From IMG/VR virus record IMGVR_UViG_3300050020_000041, positions 1 to 64,000 of that record: a stretch of 64,000 nucleotides of DNA; one strand, given 5' to 3'. Shown piece by piece: positions 37,090 through 48,100 of the stretch. Under the pieces are notes generated by a model, which saw only the letters and a list, made by a program, of their open reading frames with translations, did not search any database and had not been told where the DNA came from. How positions within the stretch are numbered: position 1 is the first letter of the stretch; each line of letters opens with the position of its first letter. Position numbers and translations under genes: made by a program. Source of the stretch: an uncultured virus (IMG/VR IMGVR_UViG_3300050020_000041). Lineage: Duplodnaviria > Heunggongvirae > Uroviricota > Caudoviricetes.

Positions 37090-37599
37090 ATGTTAGAAGA
37101 ATTGAACAAGAAGCTCGGAGATGCCATAGCATTAGTTGAATGCGATATGGCTAAAGCCGTTTCAAGTATGGACTCTTCGGGGGTCGAATCCTACCGGGAC
37201 TTTGAGGCATTCATAGTCAGAAGCATGTATGCGGATTTCTGTTACAGCATGAAAAAAGACGGCTATGATTTCACCGGCACGGGCTTCGTTAAGCCAATCA
37301 AAATAGGCGGACAGTTGTATATCAAGGGAGCTGCCGACACACCTTACAGTACGCAAGCTAACCAAGCGTTTCAATATGCGGATCTAAGAGCAGTAGATGG
37401 AATATCCGGTCCAAGCAATCCCAAGATGAGTTCCCCGTCCTATGGCGGCAGAAGCATAAATATTCTTGAGAGAATAGATCTGGATTTTGAGGGAGACTTG
37501 AAGAAAGCACTTCTGAAAGCGAAAAAGCAAATAACAAAAGTAATTACAAAAGCCGTCTCGGCATACGGAAAAACCAAAATAGATAATATTTCTTGGTAA
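37090..37599 (+). CDS. Hypothetical protein
   Basis: 169-aa ORF. Confidence 0.55.
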   Translation: MLEELNKKLGDAIALVECDMAKAVSSMDSSGVESYRDFEAFIVRSMYADFCYSMKKDGYDFTGTGFVKPIKIGGQLYIKGAADTPYSTQANQAFQYADLRAVDGISGPSNPKMSSPSYGGRSINILERIDLDFEGDLKKALLKAKKQITKVITKAVSAYGKTKIDNISW

Positions 37600-37615
37600 C
37601 AAGGAGAGTAATGGT

Positions 37616-38173
37616 ATGATAGGAACGGTAGTTCATCACGGTAAATATGGGTATGGAGTCGTCTGCAGGTCAGACAAGTTCAACCGATTGGCTGCAAAGT
37701 TTGAATCCGGCAAGGAAGTAGGCGGTTTCTCAGAGTTTGAAATCAGGCCAGTAGAAAAAGAAGAATTCGAAAGCAAGCATATTCTCGACACGTTCAAGGC
37801 GGTCGGAATAGATCAGTTTATTAAAATGGATGCGAATAGCTTCATTGCTAAAGTCGAAGTAGAAAGTCTGCAAACCCATTTGAATGCTTTTGAGAGCCTT
37901 TGGAAGATCAGTTCTCAGTTGGCTAAGGAAGGAGCTGCCCCACAAGCGATTGTTTCGGCGTCTATGATTGTTTTACAGGAGAGCAAGGTAGATAACTTCA
38001 CAAAGAATAAAGCCCTCAAGAGAATCTCCAGAATGGAGAGCTCAGAAAGACTGTTAACGTACTTACAGAATTCCCTGATGAGATTAAGAAAAATTGATGA
38101 GGACCGTTCGATACTGAAATTGAATATTGCGCTTACCGAGGTCATTGAAAACATATCGGAGAAATTGAGATGA
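37616..38173 (+). CDS. Hypothetical protein with N-terminal KOW/Tudor-like motif
   Basis: IGTVVHHGKYGYGVV; AGGAG RBS. Confidence 0.5.
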   Translation: MIGTVVHHGKYGYGVVCRSDKFNRLAAKFESGKEVGGFSEFEIRPVEKEEFESKHILDTFKAVGIDQFIKMDANSFIAKVEVESLQTHLNAFESLWKISSQLAKEGAAPQAIVSASMIVLQESKVDNFTKNKALKRISRMESSERLLTYLQNSLMRLRKIDEDRSILKLNIALTEVIENISEKLR

Positions 38174-38676
38174 AGGAATTCGAAGCATTGAGTGCGACGG
38201 CTGGGCTAAACGTAATACTTGAAGATACCATAGCAGGTATCAAACTACGCAAGTCCTTAGCGGAAGAAATTAAAAGTGAAATAAAGCCTCCATCATGGGT
38301 AAAGGGCTATGAAGCTATATGGTGGGCAGCAGTTGCAAGATATGTCGGTGATAAAGATCCCGATACAATCAAGGGCGACGGCAAAGCATACGGCGGAGTT
38401 ACCCAGGTATTCAAAGCGTATTTGAAAAGGGCAACCGGCTACAGTGTCGATGACATTAAAGCAGCCAACGGTAAAGATGCCAAGGCTGGCGATGTTGTTA
38501 AGGATGCCAAGAAAGAAATGTCCATGGGGATGAAAAGCGGTAGTTCCTCGGCAGCTGGTCAGCTATCAAAGATAAGCGGACTTAATAAAGCTCTGGCCCC
38601 GTTGATGCAGTTGCAGGGAGCGGAGTTCATTAAAGCGATCAGAGATAAAGTTTACGCAAAATATCTGGCGAAATAG
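38170..38676 (+). CDS. Hypothetical protein
   Basis: 168-aa ORF with ATGA overlap. Confidence 0.55.
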   Translation: MKEFEALSATAGLNVILEDTIAGIKLRKSLAEEIKSEIKPPSWVKGYEAIWWAAVARYVGDKDPDTIKGDGKAYGGVTQVFKAYLKRATGYSVDDIKAANGKDAKAGDVVKDAKKEMSMGMKSGSSSAAGQLSKISGLNKALAPLMQLQGAEFIKAIRDKVYAKYLAK

Positions 38677-38678
38677 CA

Positions 38679-39419
38679 TTGAAATTTGAAATGAAACTTG
38701 ACCAGAAAGAGGTCAGGCGGTTTAAGGACTTCGCTAAGAAGTTCGATAAAAGGATGGATCAGTTCTTACAATTAGTGACACAAGACGTTGCCGAAATGGC
38801 GATGGAAGAGGTATTCAGATCAGTGCCAGATCCAGAGTTCAAGCATTACTTGGAAACATTGGAAGTGGTAAGTGTGGAAGGAACGAATGACTCAGCTCTG
38901 ATCTCGAATGAGCTGATAATGAGTTCCGGAGACTTGAATAAAGAGATAGATGTTCTCGTATTCGTTCAGAAAGATCCGAACAAAGTTTCACCATACGGTG
39001 ATTTCCTGATAGTCAACAGTCCCTTTGTAATTGGATTTGTAACGGAGATCCCAGAAGGCATTGAGCCGGTTATGAGAAGAGCTACCAAGTTCGAAAGAGA
39101 AGAGGTACTCGAAGATAACCTGACAACCAGGGAGACGCTGAACGAATTAAGAATCAAGCATGACGGTCAGCTGAATAGAATCAAGGAAGTGCATGTAGAT
39201 GTACTGTTCTCTCTGCTAAGGCTCGAATACGGCTTGCCTGGGTATCCTCACAGACCTCATTGGGCGAAGGTGGCAAAAGAGATTAAGCGGTTTGCGGATA
39301 AGGCGGTCACGAACAACGAATTATTTGGTGAAGGTAAGTTAAATAGAGCCAAGATGCTCAACACCATCGACGAGAAGAAGGTGGAAGAATTAAAAGACTT
39401 TGAAAAGAAAATTATTTAG
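38679..39419 (+). CDS. Putative virion morphogenesis (HK97 gp10-like) protein
   Basis: LEYG...PHRPHW pattern near the C-terminus; neck-region position. Confidence 0.4.
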   Translation: MKFEMKLDQKEVRRFKDFAKKFDKRMDQFLQLVTQDVAEMAMEEVFRSVPDPEFKHYLETLEVVSVEGTNDSALISNELIMSSGDLNKEIDVLVFVQKDPNKVSPYGDFLIVNSPFVIGFVTEIPEGIEPVMRRATKFEREEVLEDNLTTRETLNELRIKHDGQLNRIKEVHVDVLFSLLRLEYGLPGYPHRPHWAKVAKEIKRFADKAVTNNELFGEGKLNRAKMLNTIDEKKVEELKDFEKKII

Positions 39420-39429
39420 GAGAAATGAG

Positions 39430-40164
39430 ATGAACTTTGCAGAACTCAAAAACAGAAAAGCGTTGGACGAATTAACCATGTCGATCCCGGCAGAAGATTT
39501 TGAACAGTTAGGAGTGGGCGACGGCGTTGAACTGGACGACGGAACGATTCTCACAGTAAAGAAAGTCGAGGATGACACTATTACTGCGGAAGACGAGGAC
39601 GGGGATGAGGTCCAGATTGTTTCAGACGTAGATCCTAACGATGATGAGGTCGATGAAGAAACACTGCAGATCAGTCAGGAAGACTATCTGACACTTCAGG
39701 TCGGCGATGAAATTGAACTGGATGATGACACTATGCTGACTGTCTGCTCATGCAAAGCAACCTTTTGTATCGCTACAGATGAGGATGGCAATGAATATAA
39801 CATCGTTCCTGAAGGCGTGGCTGAATGCAAAATTGATAAAAAAAAAGTCAAAGAAAAATTAGCAAAAAATAAGCTGGGTGAAGATAATCCATGGCACGGA
39901 GCTAATGGAAGATTCCCCGTTCTAGGCAAGCCTAATGCGACAGTATGGTCATTGTATGGAAAACGTAGATGGATAAAGAAGCATCCTAAGACCGGCAAGC
40001 TTTATTTGAAGAGCATCAATGCGAACCATAAGAAATGGGGCTCACCGAATAGGGCACAGCAGAGAGTAAAGGGAAAGTTTGCTAAGACAGTTACAGCAGC
40101 AGCTTCAAATTTTGAAAATGTACTGGAAAATTTTGGAAAAATAATTGAGAAACTGAACGGATAA
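39430..40164 (+). CDS. Hypothetical protein with duplicated acidic domain and basic C-terminus
   Basis: Two ~48-aa repeats (EDF..L.VGD.VELDD.T.LTV...A.DEDG.E..IV); NPWHGANGRF motif; K-rich tail. Confidence 0.6.
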   Translation: MNFAELKNRKALDELTMSIPAEDFEQLGVGDGVELDDGTILTVKKVEDDTITAEDEDGDEVQIVSDVDPNDDEVDEETLQISQEDYLTLQVGDEIELDDDTMLTVCSCKATFCIATDEDGNEYNIVPEGVAECKIDKKKVKEKLAKNKLGEDNPWHGANGRFPVLGKPNATVWSLYGKRRWIKKHPKTGKLYLKSINANHKKWGSPNRAQQRVKGKFAKTVTAAASNFENVLENFGKIIEKLNG

Positions 40165-41126
40165 TGAGCACTGTATTTGGAAATAGAATCGGTTATGTGG
40201 GACTTGAGACCTTCGATGTCGGTTTGGTGAAATCTCTGGGGGCAACGGTCCTCGGGAAATCCTTCGTGCTGAACATTGACGGTCTCACGCCGAATATACC
40301 CGTTTCGTTTGAGAATCCAGAGCAGATGTTGAAGGCTGGAATAATTCCATGCATGACCATATCCAGAGATGATCCTGATTTCAGTCCTGCGAGATCTAAT
40401 CGCGGGAAACTTGAATACAGGGTTCCGGCTCCAGGAGCTGAGGCAATAGCTATAGGCGGTCAGATAGGATATACGTCTTATCTATCGAAGAAGGCAGCAT
40501 CAGCCTGCGACATTACGTATACGATCAATGTGTACGACCGTTATAGGGATCTGGCGCAGAAGTTTTATAGTTCAGTAATGAAACCGATACTGAGGGACGT
40601 TAGCATATCGGTTGTTGACAGTTTGGGAATAGGCAGAACTTATTCAGCGTTCTATACTGGAAGCAGTAAACTGGATGAAGTAGCAAGCCTTACGAACAGA
40701 GTCATCGGATGGGGCATTACAGTTATGGTGCAGGCAGAAGTTGATATATGGGACGAAGAAGTCGAGGGTAAGATTATCAGACAGGTTGCTTTAAGAGGCG
40801 GTCTGATGGATCCAGCTCAGCCAGGAGTAACCCCGCCACGTTTACCCTATGTAGTCAAAGCTAATCGGGGAGTAATAGGAGGTTCGGGAAGCAGAGCCAG
40901 GATAGAAGTTCTGGAACCGATCAGACAAGATACCTTAGTTACTGTCCCAATGGACTACCAGCTATCGGCTGGTCTGAAAACGTCACTGCTTGTATTTGTG
41001 GACAATGAATACCTGAGACCAGATAGTGCTGGCAAGCTCGGCGATTATAAAGAAGAAGATACCTCGCATGTTTCGTTCCACATGGACATTCCGGCGGGTA
41101 CAGAAATAGACTTCGTGATTATATAA
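40164..41126 (+). CDS. Putative tail terminator/completion protein
   Basis: IPCMTISR, DITYTINVY pattern; lies shortly upstream of the sheath gene. Confidence 0.45.
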   Translation: MSTVFGNRIGYVGLETFDVGLVKSLGATVLGKSFVLNIDGLTPNIPVSFENPEQMLKAGIIPCMTISRDDPDFSPARSNRGKLEYRVPAPGAEAIAIGGQIGYTSYLSKKAASACDITYTINVYDRYRDLAQKFYSSVMKPILRDVSISVVDSLGIGRTYSAFYTGSSKLDEVASLTNRVIGWGITVMVQAEVDIWDEEVEGKIIRQVALRGGLMDPAQPGVTPPRLPYVVKANRGVIGGSGSRARIEVLEPIRQDTLVTVPMDYQLSAGLKTSLLVFVDNEYLRPDSAGKLGDYKEEDTSHVSFHMDIPAGTEIDFVII

Positions 41127-41135
41127 GGATATGCA

Positions 41136-41675
41136 ATGAAGATAATGAATATAAGTGATTCCGCGCTGTTCGTAAATACTATGGACAAGAAGGGGATTCC
41201 GGTTGGACTGAATGGAGTGATCCATGTTAAAACGAATCAGGTGTCATTCGAGGAATTGAATCCGGACTACAGCAACGGAAAACATTACGTAGTAATCTCG
41301 GGTGAGTTTGACGCGAATGCGATAACAATCGAACCCGTGCCGCAGCCAGTTGAAATCAAGGACAATCCGCCAAGGTTGATAATCGTCCCTAAAGCTGAAG
41401 AGATCCTGATTGATGAGACATTCGAAGCAGCAGAAGCACTGAATGAAGTTGTGAATGCAGAAGAAAAAGAAATTAAAGAGCCAGAAGTGTTTCTGGCAAA
41501 GACTCAGGAAGAGTGGGAACAGTTCTTCGTGAGAGAGACAAAAAATACTCTGAAAGAATTTGCAGAATTGAAGGGAATTACTTTTCAGCCCGGCGCCAAT
41601 AAGGCGGGGATGGTAGAGGTCCTGACGAAATGGCTAAAAGAGAATAATCTAATAAATAATGGAGAAACAACATGA
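41136..41675 (+). CDS. Hypothetical protein with C-terminal HeH/Rho-N-like motif
   Basis: TKNTLKEFAELKGI....ANKAGMVEVL. Confidence 0.5.
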   Translation: MKIMNISDSALFVNTMDKKGIPVGLNGVIHVKTNQVSFEELNPDYSNGKHYVVISGEFDANAITIEPVPQPVEIKDNPPRLIIVPKAEEILIDETFEAAEALNEVVNAEEKEIKEPEVFLAKTQEEWEQFFVRETKNTLKEFAELKGITFQPGANKAGMVEVLTKWLKENNLINNGETT

Positions 41676-43132
41676 GTAAGTATCTTGGCGCAGGTCAATA
41701 TTTCGAAAGGCTTCCTGGTGGCTCAACACCTGTCCAGGGAGTAGCGACTGCAACCTTAATGGTTCCCGGCTATTTTACTGACGGTCCGGACAGTGGTGTC
41801 CCCGTAGCAGTAAACAGTTGGGCCGAATTCGACAGAAATTACGGCGGTCTTAACACTACATCTGAAAATGGTTATACCATTAAAGGATTTTTTGATAACG
41901 GCGGTCAGACAGTTCTGCCCCTCAGAATAACATCTGTTGGCGCCAGACAGGCTGATTCAACAGCCATGACAGGCTGGACAATTAAAGCCGTTAATAAAGG
42001 TACTAAGTATAATGGCTACACCGTTACGCTTGTTGCCAATGCCGACACATCCGCACATTTTGATGTCACTATCAAGGATGCTTCCGGAAATGTCGCAGAC
42101 AAGTATGAGAACGTAACATTTGAGTCCGGTGAAACCACTGCGGCAAATTATGTAGCGAATCTCCTGAATCCAGCTTGCCAGATAGTAAATATAACCGGTA
42201 CAGGCTCAGCAGTAGCGGCAGTATATACCTTGGCGAACGGAAACGATGGTGCAGCAATCGGCTTAACCGAAATCCAGGCTGCTTTGGTAGTCGGCGCAAG
42301 CAGATTTGATGCTTGTGTAGATTCGAATTATTTACTGATCGCTCCTGACGCAACCGATGCAGCTACTACAAGTGCATTGATTACATACGCAGAAGGAAGA
42401 CGGGATGTATTTGTTCCTTATTCTCCGACATTGGTCACTTCTACAGTTGCAGCAGCTGTGGCTTTCAGGAAAACAGTAACCAATTCTCAGAAATCAGCTT
42501 GTTACTGGCCGTTCGTAAAGGTTTACGATTTACTCCAGGGAAGAACAAAGACCATGAGTCCAATCGGACATATAGCCGGTATTTATGCAAGGACTGACGC
42601 TAACAAGAACGTTGGCAAGAACCCTGCAGGAATCATCGATGGTGCTATAAGAGGTATAACTGGTCTCAGCTTCACACCGACTATGGCAACCAATACGACT
42701 CCAGGAGACGTTGGTACATTGTACGTCAACAGAGTTAATCCACTTGTTTCTGATAGTGCTCACGGCACATGCGTATGGGGTTGCAGAACTACATCGCTTG
42801 ATCCTCAGTGGATCTACGTGAACCACGAAAGACTTTTCCAATTCGTTGAGAAAAAGGTCGGAAACGGTTCTATGTGGGTAAACTTTGAGAACAACACAGC
42901 TGACCTTCAGTTGCAAGTGTTCACTCAGATGTACTCATTGTTTCTTGGATGGCATAATGAGAAATATTTTGCAGGCAAAACGCCAGCAGAGTCTTTCTTC
43001 ATAGTATGCGACGGTAGCAATAACACTGAAGATTCAGAAGGCGACGGCGAGCTTATCATCGACTATGGTATCGCTCCATCGAAACCCGCTGAATTCATCA
43101 GACACAGGTTAAGACAGAAAACATTGAAATAA
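41672..43132 (+). CDS. Contractile tail sheath protein
   Basis: YLGAGQYFE, SWAEFDR.YG, GFFDNGG, YWPFVKV, GHIAGIYARTD, VNPL, VWGCRT, FENN, APSKPAEFI. Confidence 0.93.
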   Translation: MSKYLGAGQYFERLPGGSTPVQGVATATLMVPGYFTDGPDSGVPVAVNSWAEFDRNYGGLNTTSENGYTIKGFFDNGGQTVLPLRITSVGARQADSTAMTGWTIKAVNKGTKYNGYTVTLVANADTSAHFDVTIKDASGNVADKYENVTFESGETTAANYVANLLNPACQIVNITGTGSAVAAVYTLANGNDGAAIGLTEIQAALVVGASRFDACVDSNYLLIAPDATDAATTSALITYAEGRRDVFVPYSPTLVTSTVAAAVAFRKTVTNSQKSACYWPFVKVYDLLQGRTKTMSPIGHIAGIYARTDANKNVGKNPAGIIDGAIRGITGLSFTPTMATNTTPGDVGTLYVNRVNPLVSDSAHGTCVWGCRTTSLDPQWIYVNHERLFQFVEKKVGNGSMWVNFENNTADLQLQVFTQMYSLFLGWHNEKYFAGKTPAESFFIVCDGSNNTEDSEGDGELIIDYGIAPSKPAEFIRHRLRQKTLK

Positions 43133-43161
43133 TTTTTTAATTAGTAGAAGGAGATAAAATA

Positions 43162-43650
43162 GTGGCTAGAGCATTGGCAACAGATCCCTACCAGACCTTC
43201 AAGTTTTCGGTAAGCATACCGAACCCTGACGGAAGTGGAGAAATGATAAGCGCGGGTTTCATGACCTGCGCGCTCCCCGAGCTTACGGTAGAAGCTGCGG
43301 AGTACAAAACCGGTTTAATGAAAATTAAACAGAAATATCCTGGTAATCCGGGCGTTAACGACTGTACCCTGACAAGAGGGCTGATGAAGAAAGATTCAGC
43401 TTTATTTGATTTGGTCCAGAAGTCAATCCTTGGACAAGCTTACAGGACTGATGTAACAATCACGTTGACTCACAGAGATGGAACGAAAATGCCGTACATA
43501 CTGCATGAAGCGTTTGGACTCCGCGCTAAGATGGGCGCAGATCTCGATGCGAATGGTAATGACGTCTCAGTTGAAGAAATGGATATTCAGTATGAAGATT
43601 TTAGCTTCAGCAATGATGGTGGCGCAACCTTCATCAGAGCAACAGGATAA
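43162..43650 (+). CDS. Tail tube protein (T4 gp19/Afp1-like)
   Basis: GTG start with AGGAG RBS; DPYQTFKF, AGF, EYKTG, KYPG, TLTRG, DLDA.GNDVSVEE. Confidence 0.85.
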   Translation: MARALATDPYQTFKFSVSIPNPDGSGEMISAGFMTCALPELTVEAAEYKTGLMKIKQKYPGNPGVNDCTLTRGLMKKDSALFDLVQKSILGQAYRTDVTITLTHRDGTKMPYILHEAFGLRAKMGADLDANGNDVSVEEMDIQYEDFSFSNDGGATFIRATG

Positions 43651-43652
43651 CA

Positions 43653-44255
43653 ATGGCAAGGGCTAACCTGACAGATCCTGCTCAGTCGAGCAAGTTTATG
43701 ATCTTCGATGTCCCGTCATTTGGAAATGGTTATGATGCTTCAGAGGCGTTACTGCCTCTGAGGCTTCCTTATTCGGCGGTGCTCGGTGCGCAGTCGATAA
43801 CCATGCCCGAATATACGTTGACGTTAGATGAGATAAACGAAGGAACGCTGGATACGGCGATCAGGGTGGTCATTGGCGCAGCAGTTAATAACATAACGCT
43901 CACTAGAGCAGTTTATGTGGTGGACAAAGAGTTCTTTAATTGGATCCGAATGACGGCAAGCGGAAAAGCTAATTCAGAAGTGTTCCGCAGAGATTTGGTT
44001 CTGGTTTGGTTTCACAACGCGATAGGCGTTAGCACGGGCGCTCACACGGGCATTGGCATGGTCGATAATCCGAGAGTACCATTTAAGGCGTGGTACTTGA
44101 AAGACACGATCCCGGTAAGATACAAGCCGGGTGCAGACTTTGACGCAAACTCATCGGCGATTTCCATTCAGGAGCTTGAGTTGGCACCAAGAGATATAGA
44201 TGAATTGGGACTCCTGGATTTAGGGGCTCTCATCGGTGTAAATGTAGCATTATAA
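43653..44255 (+). CDS. Second tail tube-like protein
   Basis: MARANLTDP, EINEG, NITLTRA, PVRYK...DFDANSSAISIQELEL. Confidence 0.75.
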   Translation: MARANLTDPAQSSKFMIFDVPSFGNGYDASEALLPLRLPYSAVLGAQSITMPEYTLTLDEINEGTLDTAIRVVIGAAVNNITLTRAVYVVDKEFFNWIRMTASGKANSEVFRRDLVLVWFHNAIGVSTGAHTGIGMVDNPRVPFKAWYLKDTIPVRYKPGADFDANSSAISIQELELAPRDIDELGLLDLGALIGVNVAL

Positions 44256-44281
44256 ATTGATTATAAAACTTAGGAGTACGT

Positions 44282-45049
44282 ATGTCAGTAGATAACATAA
44301 AAAGCCCAACGGCTATGGAAGAATTATTAGCAGGAGTAATGGTTGACAAAATCCTTTACGATAAAGTGCAGCTCACAGAAATCAGTGGAAAAGAAGAAGA
44401 TATCCTGGCAGAAGAGAATGCCTCGGCTTCAGACAAAATAACAAGAGTATTGGCAAATTGTATCTTATCGCTGGAAAGTTCAGTACCAGATACCCAGCCG
44501 ATCACAGATAATAACCATTTGAAAGCGATTGTCAAGAACCTTGCGATGGGCGATAGAATATTTCTGTTCATCCGGTTGAGAGTTCTTTCACTCGATCAGA
44601 ATTTCGTAATGGACCTGCAATGTCCAAGCGATGAAAAAGTACCATTCAAAGCAACGGTGGATCTGAATACTCTTGAACTCAAGAAATTGGAAGATAAGAA
44701 TATAAGAACCATGACCGTTCCATTAACAGATGGCGGAGAAGTGGTATTGAAATTGGCGACTGGTCACGATGAAGGACTCCTTTCGACTATTAAGAATAGC
44801 AAGACAAGGCTTACTTCCGGTATGATGATCAGAATTGAATCTCTGAATGGAAAGCCAGCCTCGATTGAAGATGTTCAGAAATTATCATTGAGAAATAGGA
44901 ACACAATCCGAACTGCCACTCAGAAATGGGACGTAGGTGTGGATACCACGATTACAGCAACAGATCCGTTAGATGGAAAAGATTTCGATACAGAACTGCA
45001 GCTGATGCAGGCAAGTTTTTTCTTCCCCTCGGAGATATTGGTAGACTAG
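44282..45049 (+). CDS. Tail assembly chaperone / baseplate hub assembly protein (short form)
   Basis: GKEEDIL, LAMGDRIFLFIRLR, ATGHDE, ends FFFP; lies between tube and tape-measure genes. Confidence 0.7.
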   Translation: MSVDNIKSPTAMEELLAGVMVDKILYDKVQLTEISGKEEDILAEENASASDKITRVLANCILSLESSVPDTQPITDNNHLKAIVKNLAMGDRIFLFIRLRVLSLDQNFVMDLQCPSDEKVPFKATVDLNTLELKKLEDKNIRTMTVPLTDGGEVVLKLATGHDEGLLSTIKNSKTRLTSGMMIRIESLNGKPASIEDVQKLSLRNRNTIRTATQKWDVGVDTTITATDPLDGKDFDTELQLMQASFFFPSEILVD

Positions 45050-45168
45050 AATCAGAAGTATTAAATATAATAGGTGATGTTGGGATAGAGTACGAATCCG
45101 TGATGAAAATGCCGAGCAGTAGAAGAAAACGGCTGTTCGACCTGATAGCAAAGAAATACAAAAAATAA
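45016..45168 (+). CDS. -1 frameshift extension of the tail chaperone (G-T type)
   Basis: Slippery heptamer T TTT TTC at 45016-45022; the -1 frame stays open to TAA at 45168 (...ESVMKMPSSRRKRLFDLIAKKYKK). Confidence 0.7.
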   Translation, partial: FFLPLGDIGRLESEVLNIIGDVGIEYESVMKMPSSRRKRLFDLIAKKYKK

Positions 45169-45178
45169 GGATTCGTCA

Positions 45179-48100
45179 ATGGCGTTCAATTTCAACGGGT
45201 TTGGGTTCAGCTTCAAGGCTAAGGATGTTAATACCGTCTCTACTGTCGACACGATTCAGAAATCTGTCGATAAGATGGGCAATACTATGGAAAAGGTCGC
45301 CAAGAGGCCGACCAACAGTCTGATCCATGGGCTGAACCTTGTCGCCAATGCATTTCAGAACGTCAAGATCGAAAGAATGACGACTCACCTTACCGCACTT
45401 ACCGATAAAGCGGAGGGACTCGCTGGCAATACCTTCAAGATTGAGGGTATGGCAGATATGGTAAAGGGTATCAATAATGCGCAAACCAAAATAGTTGCAT
45501 TCACAAGCTTCTCAGCAAGTTCTATATCCGGAATAATGTCCGGTCTATCCGTGAAATATGGTATCGCCCAGGAAGATGTAGCCGATATCTATACGAAGCT
45601 CTCCCAGACCGTTAAGAATCCTAAGATGTTAAAAGATATGACTGATTTTGCCGTACAGTTAAAGGAAACGTATGGTCTGACAGCCGATGACGTCGCGGAC
45701 TCCATAGGAAACCTGTCTTCAGCTTCGTACAAGTTCTCCGAAAAAGAAATCAAACAGTTATATGACAAGCAGGCTGCGGTCGGTAAGCTGAACAATGCTG
45801 GTCAGGAGTATGTTGCCCAGTTTGGTGCGCAGACTAAGTTCGTAGAAGATCAACTGGTTGGTATGTGGGGGGCGAATAACGTTTCCAAGGAAATGGTAAG
45901 CGATCTGATGGATCAGTCCTTAAAGGCTCAGAGTGTTTTCCAGCAAGCTGGACAAATGAGCGCGGCTGAATCATTAACGGCGGTTCAGGGCATGATGAAT
46001 GCTACGAAAGATGCCAACCAGTTCTTTGCGCAGATGACTAACAGTTACAATTCGTTGACCGGGATGAAGAACGGGGATGCGATGATGATAAGCATGTTCG
46101 GCTCTGTGGATGACTATAAGAAGATCATTCAGAAAGGTCCGGAGGCTATGATTGAGAAGTTAGCTCAAATCCGGGAAAATCTGAACGGAGATGCTAATAA
46201 GACCAAGATGTATAACACTGTGCTAGCAGAATACTTCGGAGATAATGCAAAAGGTGTCGGCTTTACTTTAGAGAAGGGAGTGAAGGGAATCGCAGATATA
46301 GTCGTCCAGACTAATAAAGCGATGGTAAATTCAGGTGGGATGGTTCAGAAGACCTCGGATATGGTTCAGCAGTCCACAGATAAAATGGAAAAACATCTGG
46401 AATCAGCTCGTAATAACATGATGTTAGCGATGGGATCGGATGGGGCGGACTCATACAGAAAATCTCTTGGAATCAGAGAGGCTGCAGTAATATCGCTCAC
46501 CAAAAGTATTGAAACTCTGAAGGGGAAGACCGATTGGGCTTCAAAAGCCGAAAAAGGATTCCTTGAAGTATTCTCAGCATTCAAGATGGGCGGAATGGGG
46601 GCGGGCTTGATTAAGCTGGGTGAGATATTTCCACCGCTTGCGAAAATATTAAAGCCATTGGGCACCATGATGGATGGTCTGGGAATAACTTTTAGCGATG
46701 CATTCATGGCATTGGCTGGAATAGTAGTGGCGGGTAAGCCTGTTATCAATATTCTGGGTAAGATCGGCGATAAGTTATCCCCATTCCTCAAGAATGCATT
46801 TGCAGGTGGATTTCTGAAAGGGCTTGGCAAGATATTTTTTTGGGTGTCCTTGGTCTATTATGGAATTAGGAATATAATCGGCTCAGTAGGAGATCTTACG
46901 AAAATATGGAACGATTCTTCCAAGAGTCTGGAACAGAAAGTAACTGCTTCGATGGAACGAGTTGGCAAGGTCGTATGGGATACGTTCAATGATATGTTCT
47001 TCGGAATCCCCCAGCTGCTCGCAGATGCCTTCAAGAGCAAGGATATAGACAAGTCCTTATCCGGACTATGGGATGCATTCGGTGATTGGAGAAAAAGCGT
47101 TGATTGGGATGGCATCGGGAAGCAGGTACTTGCAGCTATGACGGGAGTGGCTGTCTGGGTTAGCACCAAGTTATCGGATTTCTGGAATTTCTTGAAGCCA
47201 GATAAAGCCTTGGCGGATCTTGCAAAGGTAGACTGGAAAACTTTCTTTACGAAAGCATTTGCCTCGCTTGGCGGGAATAATGGTGTATTTAAAGATATAT
47301 GGAAGATGTTCTCTCCTACAGTTGACGCAGCAATAGGCTGGTTCAAGTCGATAGATTGGAAGAAAGTAGGGAACACTCTTGTTGAGATGATCTCTGATGG
47401 GCTAGCGGGAGCGGCAAATGCAGCCATAGGGTTCGCAGGAGCGATTGCCACATGGATCTCCGGTGTGGACTGGAGTAATGTAGGTAAACTTCTGGTGGAT
47501 GGTCTATTCCTTGCGCTCAAGTTGATTGTCATCGGAGCTGGCTTACTAACAGAAATAGTAATTAAATGGTTTGAAAAGGTTAATTGGGGAGCGGCAGCTA
47601 CAGCTATTTGGAATCTACTGATAGCAGCAGTTAATGCTGGATTCCAGACGATAACCGGCATGTTCACTGAGATCGACAAGAAATTATCGGAAATGTTTGG
47701 TGGATGGTGGACAGCGGCAAAAGTGTTGGCTGGATTCATCACGTTGGTGCTAACGCCGGCGATTATCGCTTACACGGCGTCAGTTGTATCGGCAGGAATC
47801 GCAAGTACAGTGGCATTCGCTGAGAAAGCTTCAGGTGCGGTGGTTCAGTTAGCCGGAAGTATCGTGGATAATTTAGGCGGAGCAGTTCTCAAGGGTATGG
47901 GAGCGTTGAATAGATTCTCGGGTGCGATTGGAGATGCATGGTCTGCAGTAGGAAAGTTCGGTGGAATGATATTAGACAATGCAAAGAAAATAATTGCCTG
48001 GGGAATTTCGATGGCAACGACTGCATGGGAAGGCATTACGACCTTCGTAGGGGGCGTATGGGCGTCGGTAACAGCATTGTGGGCGCAGACCACAGCATTC

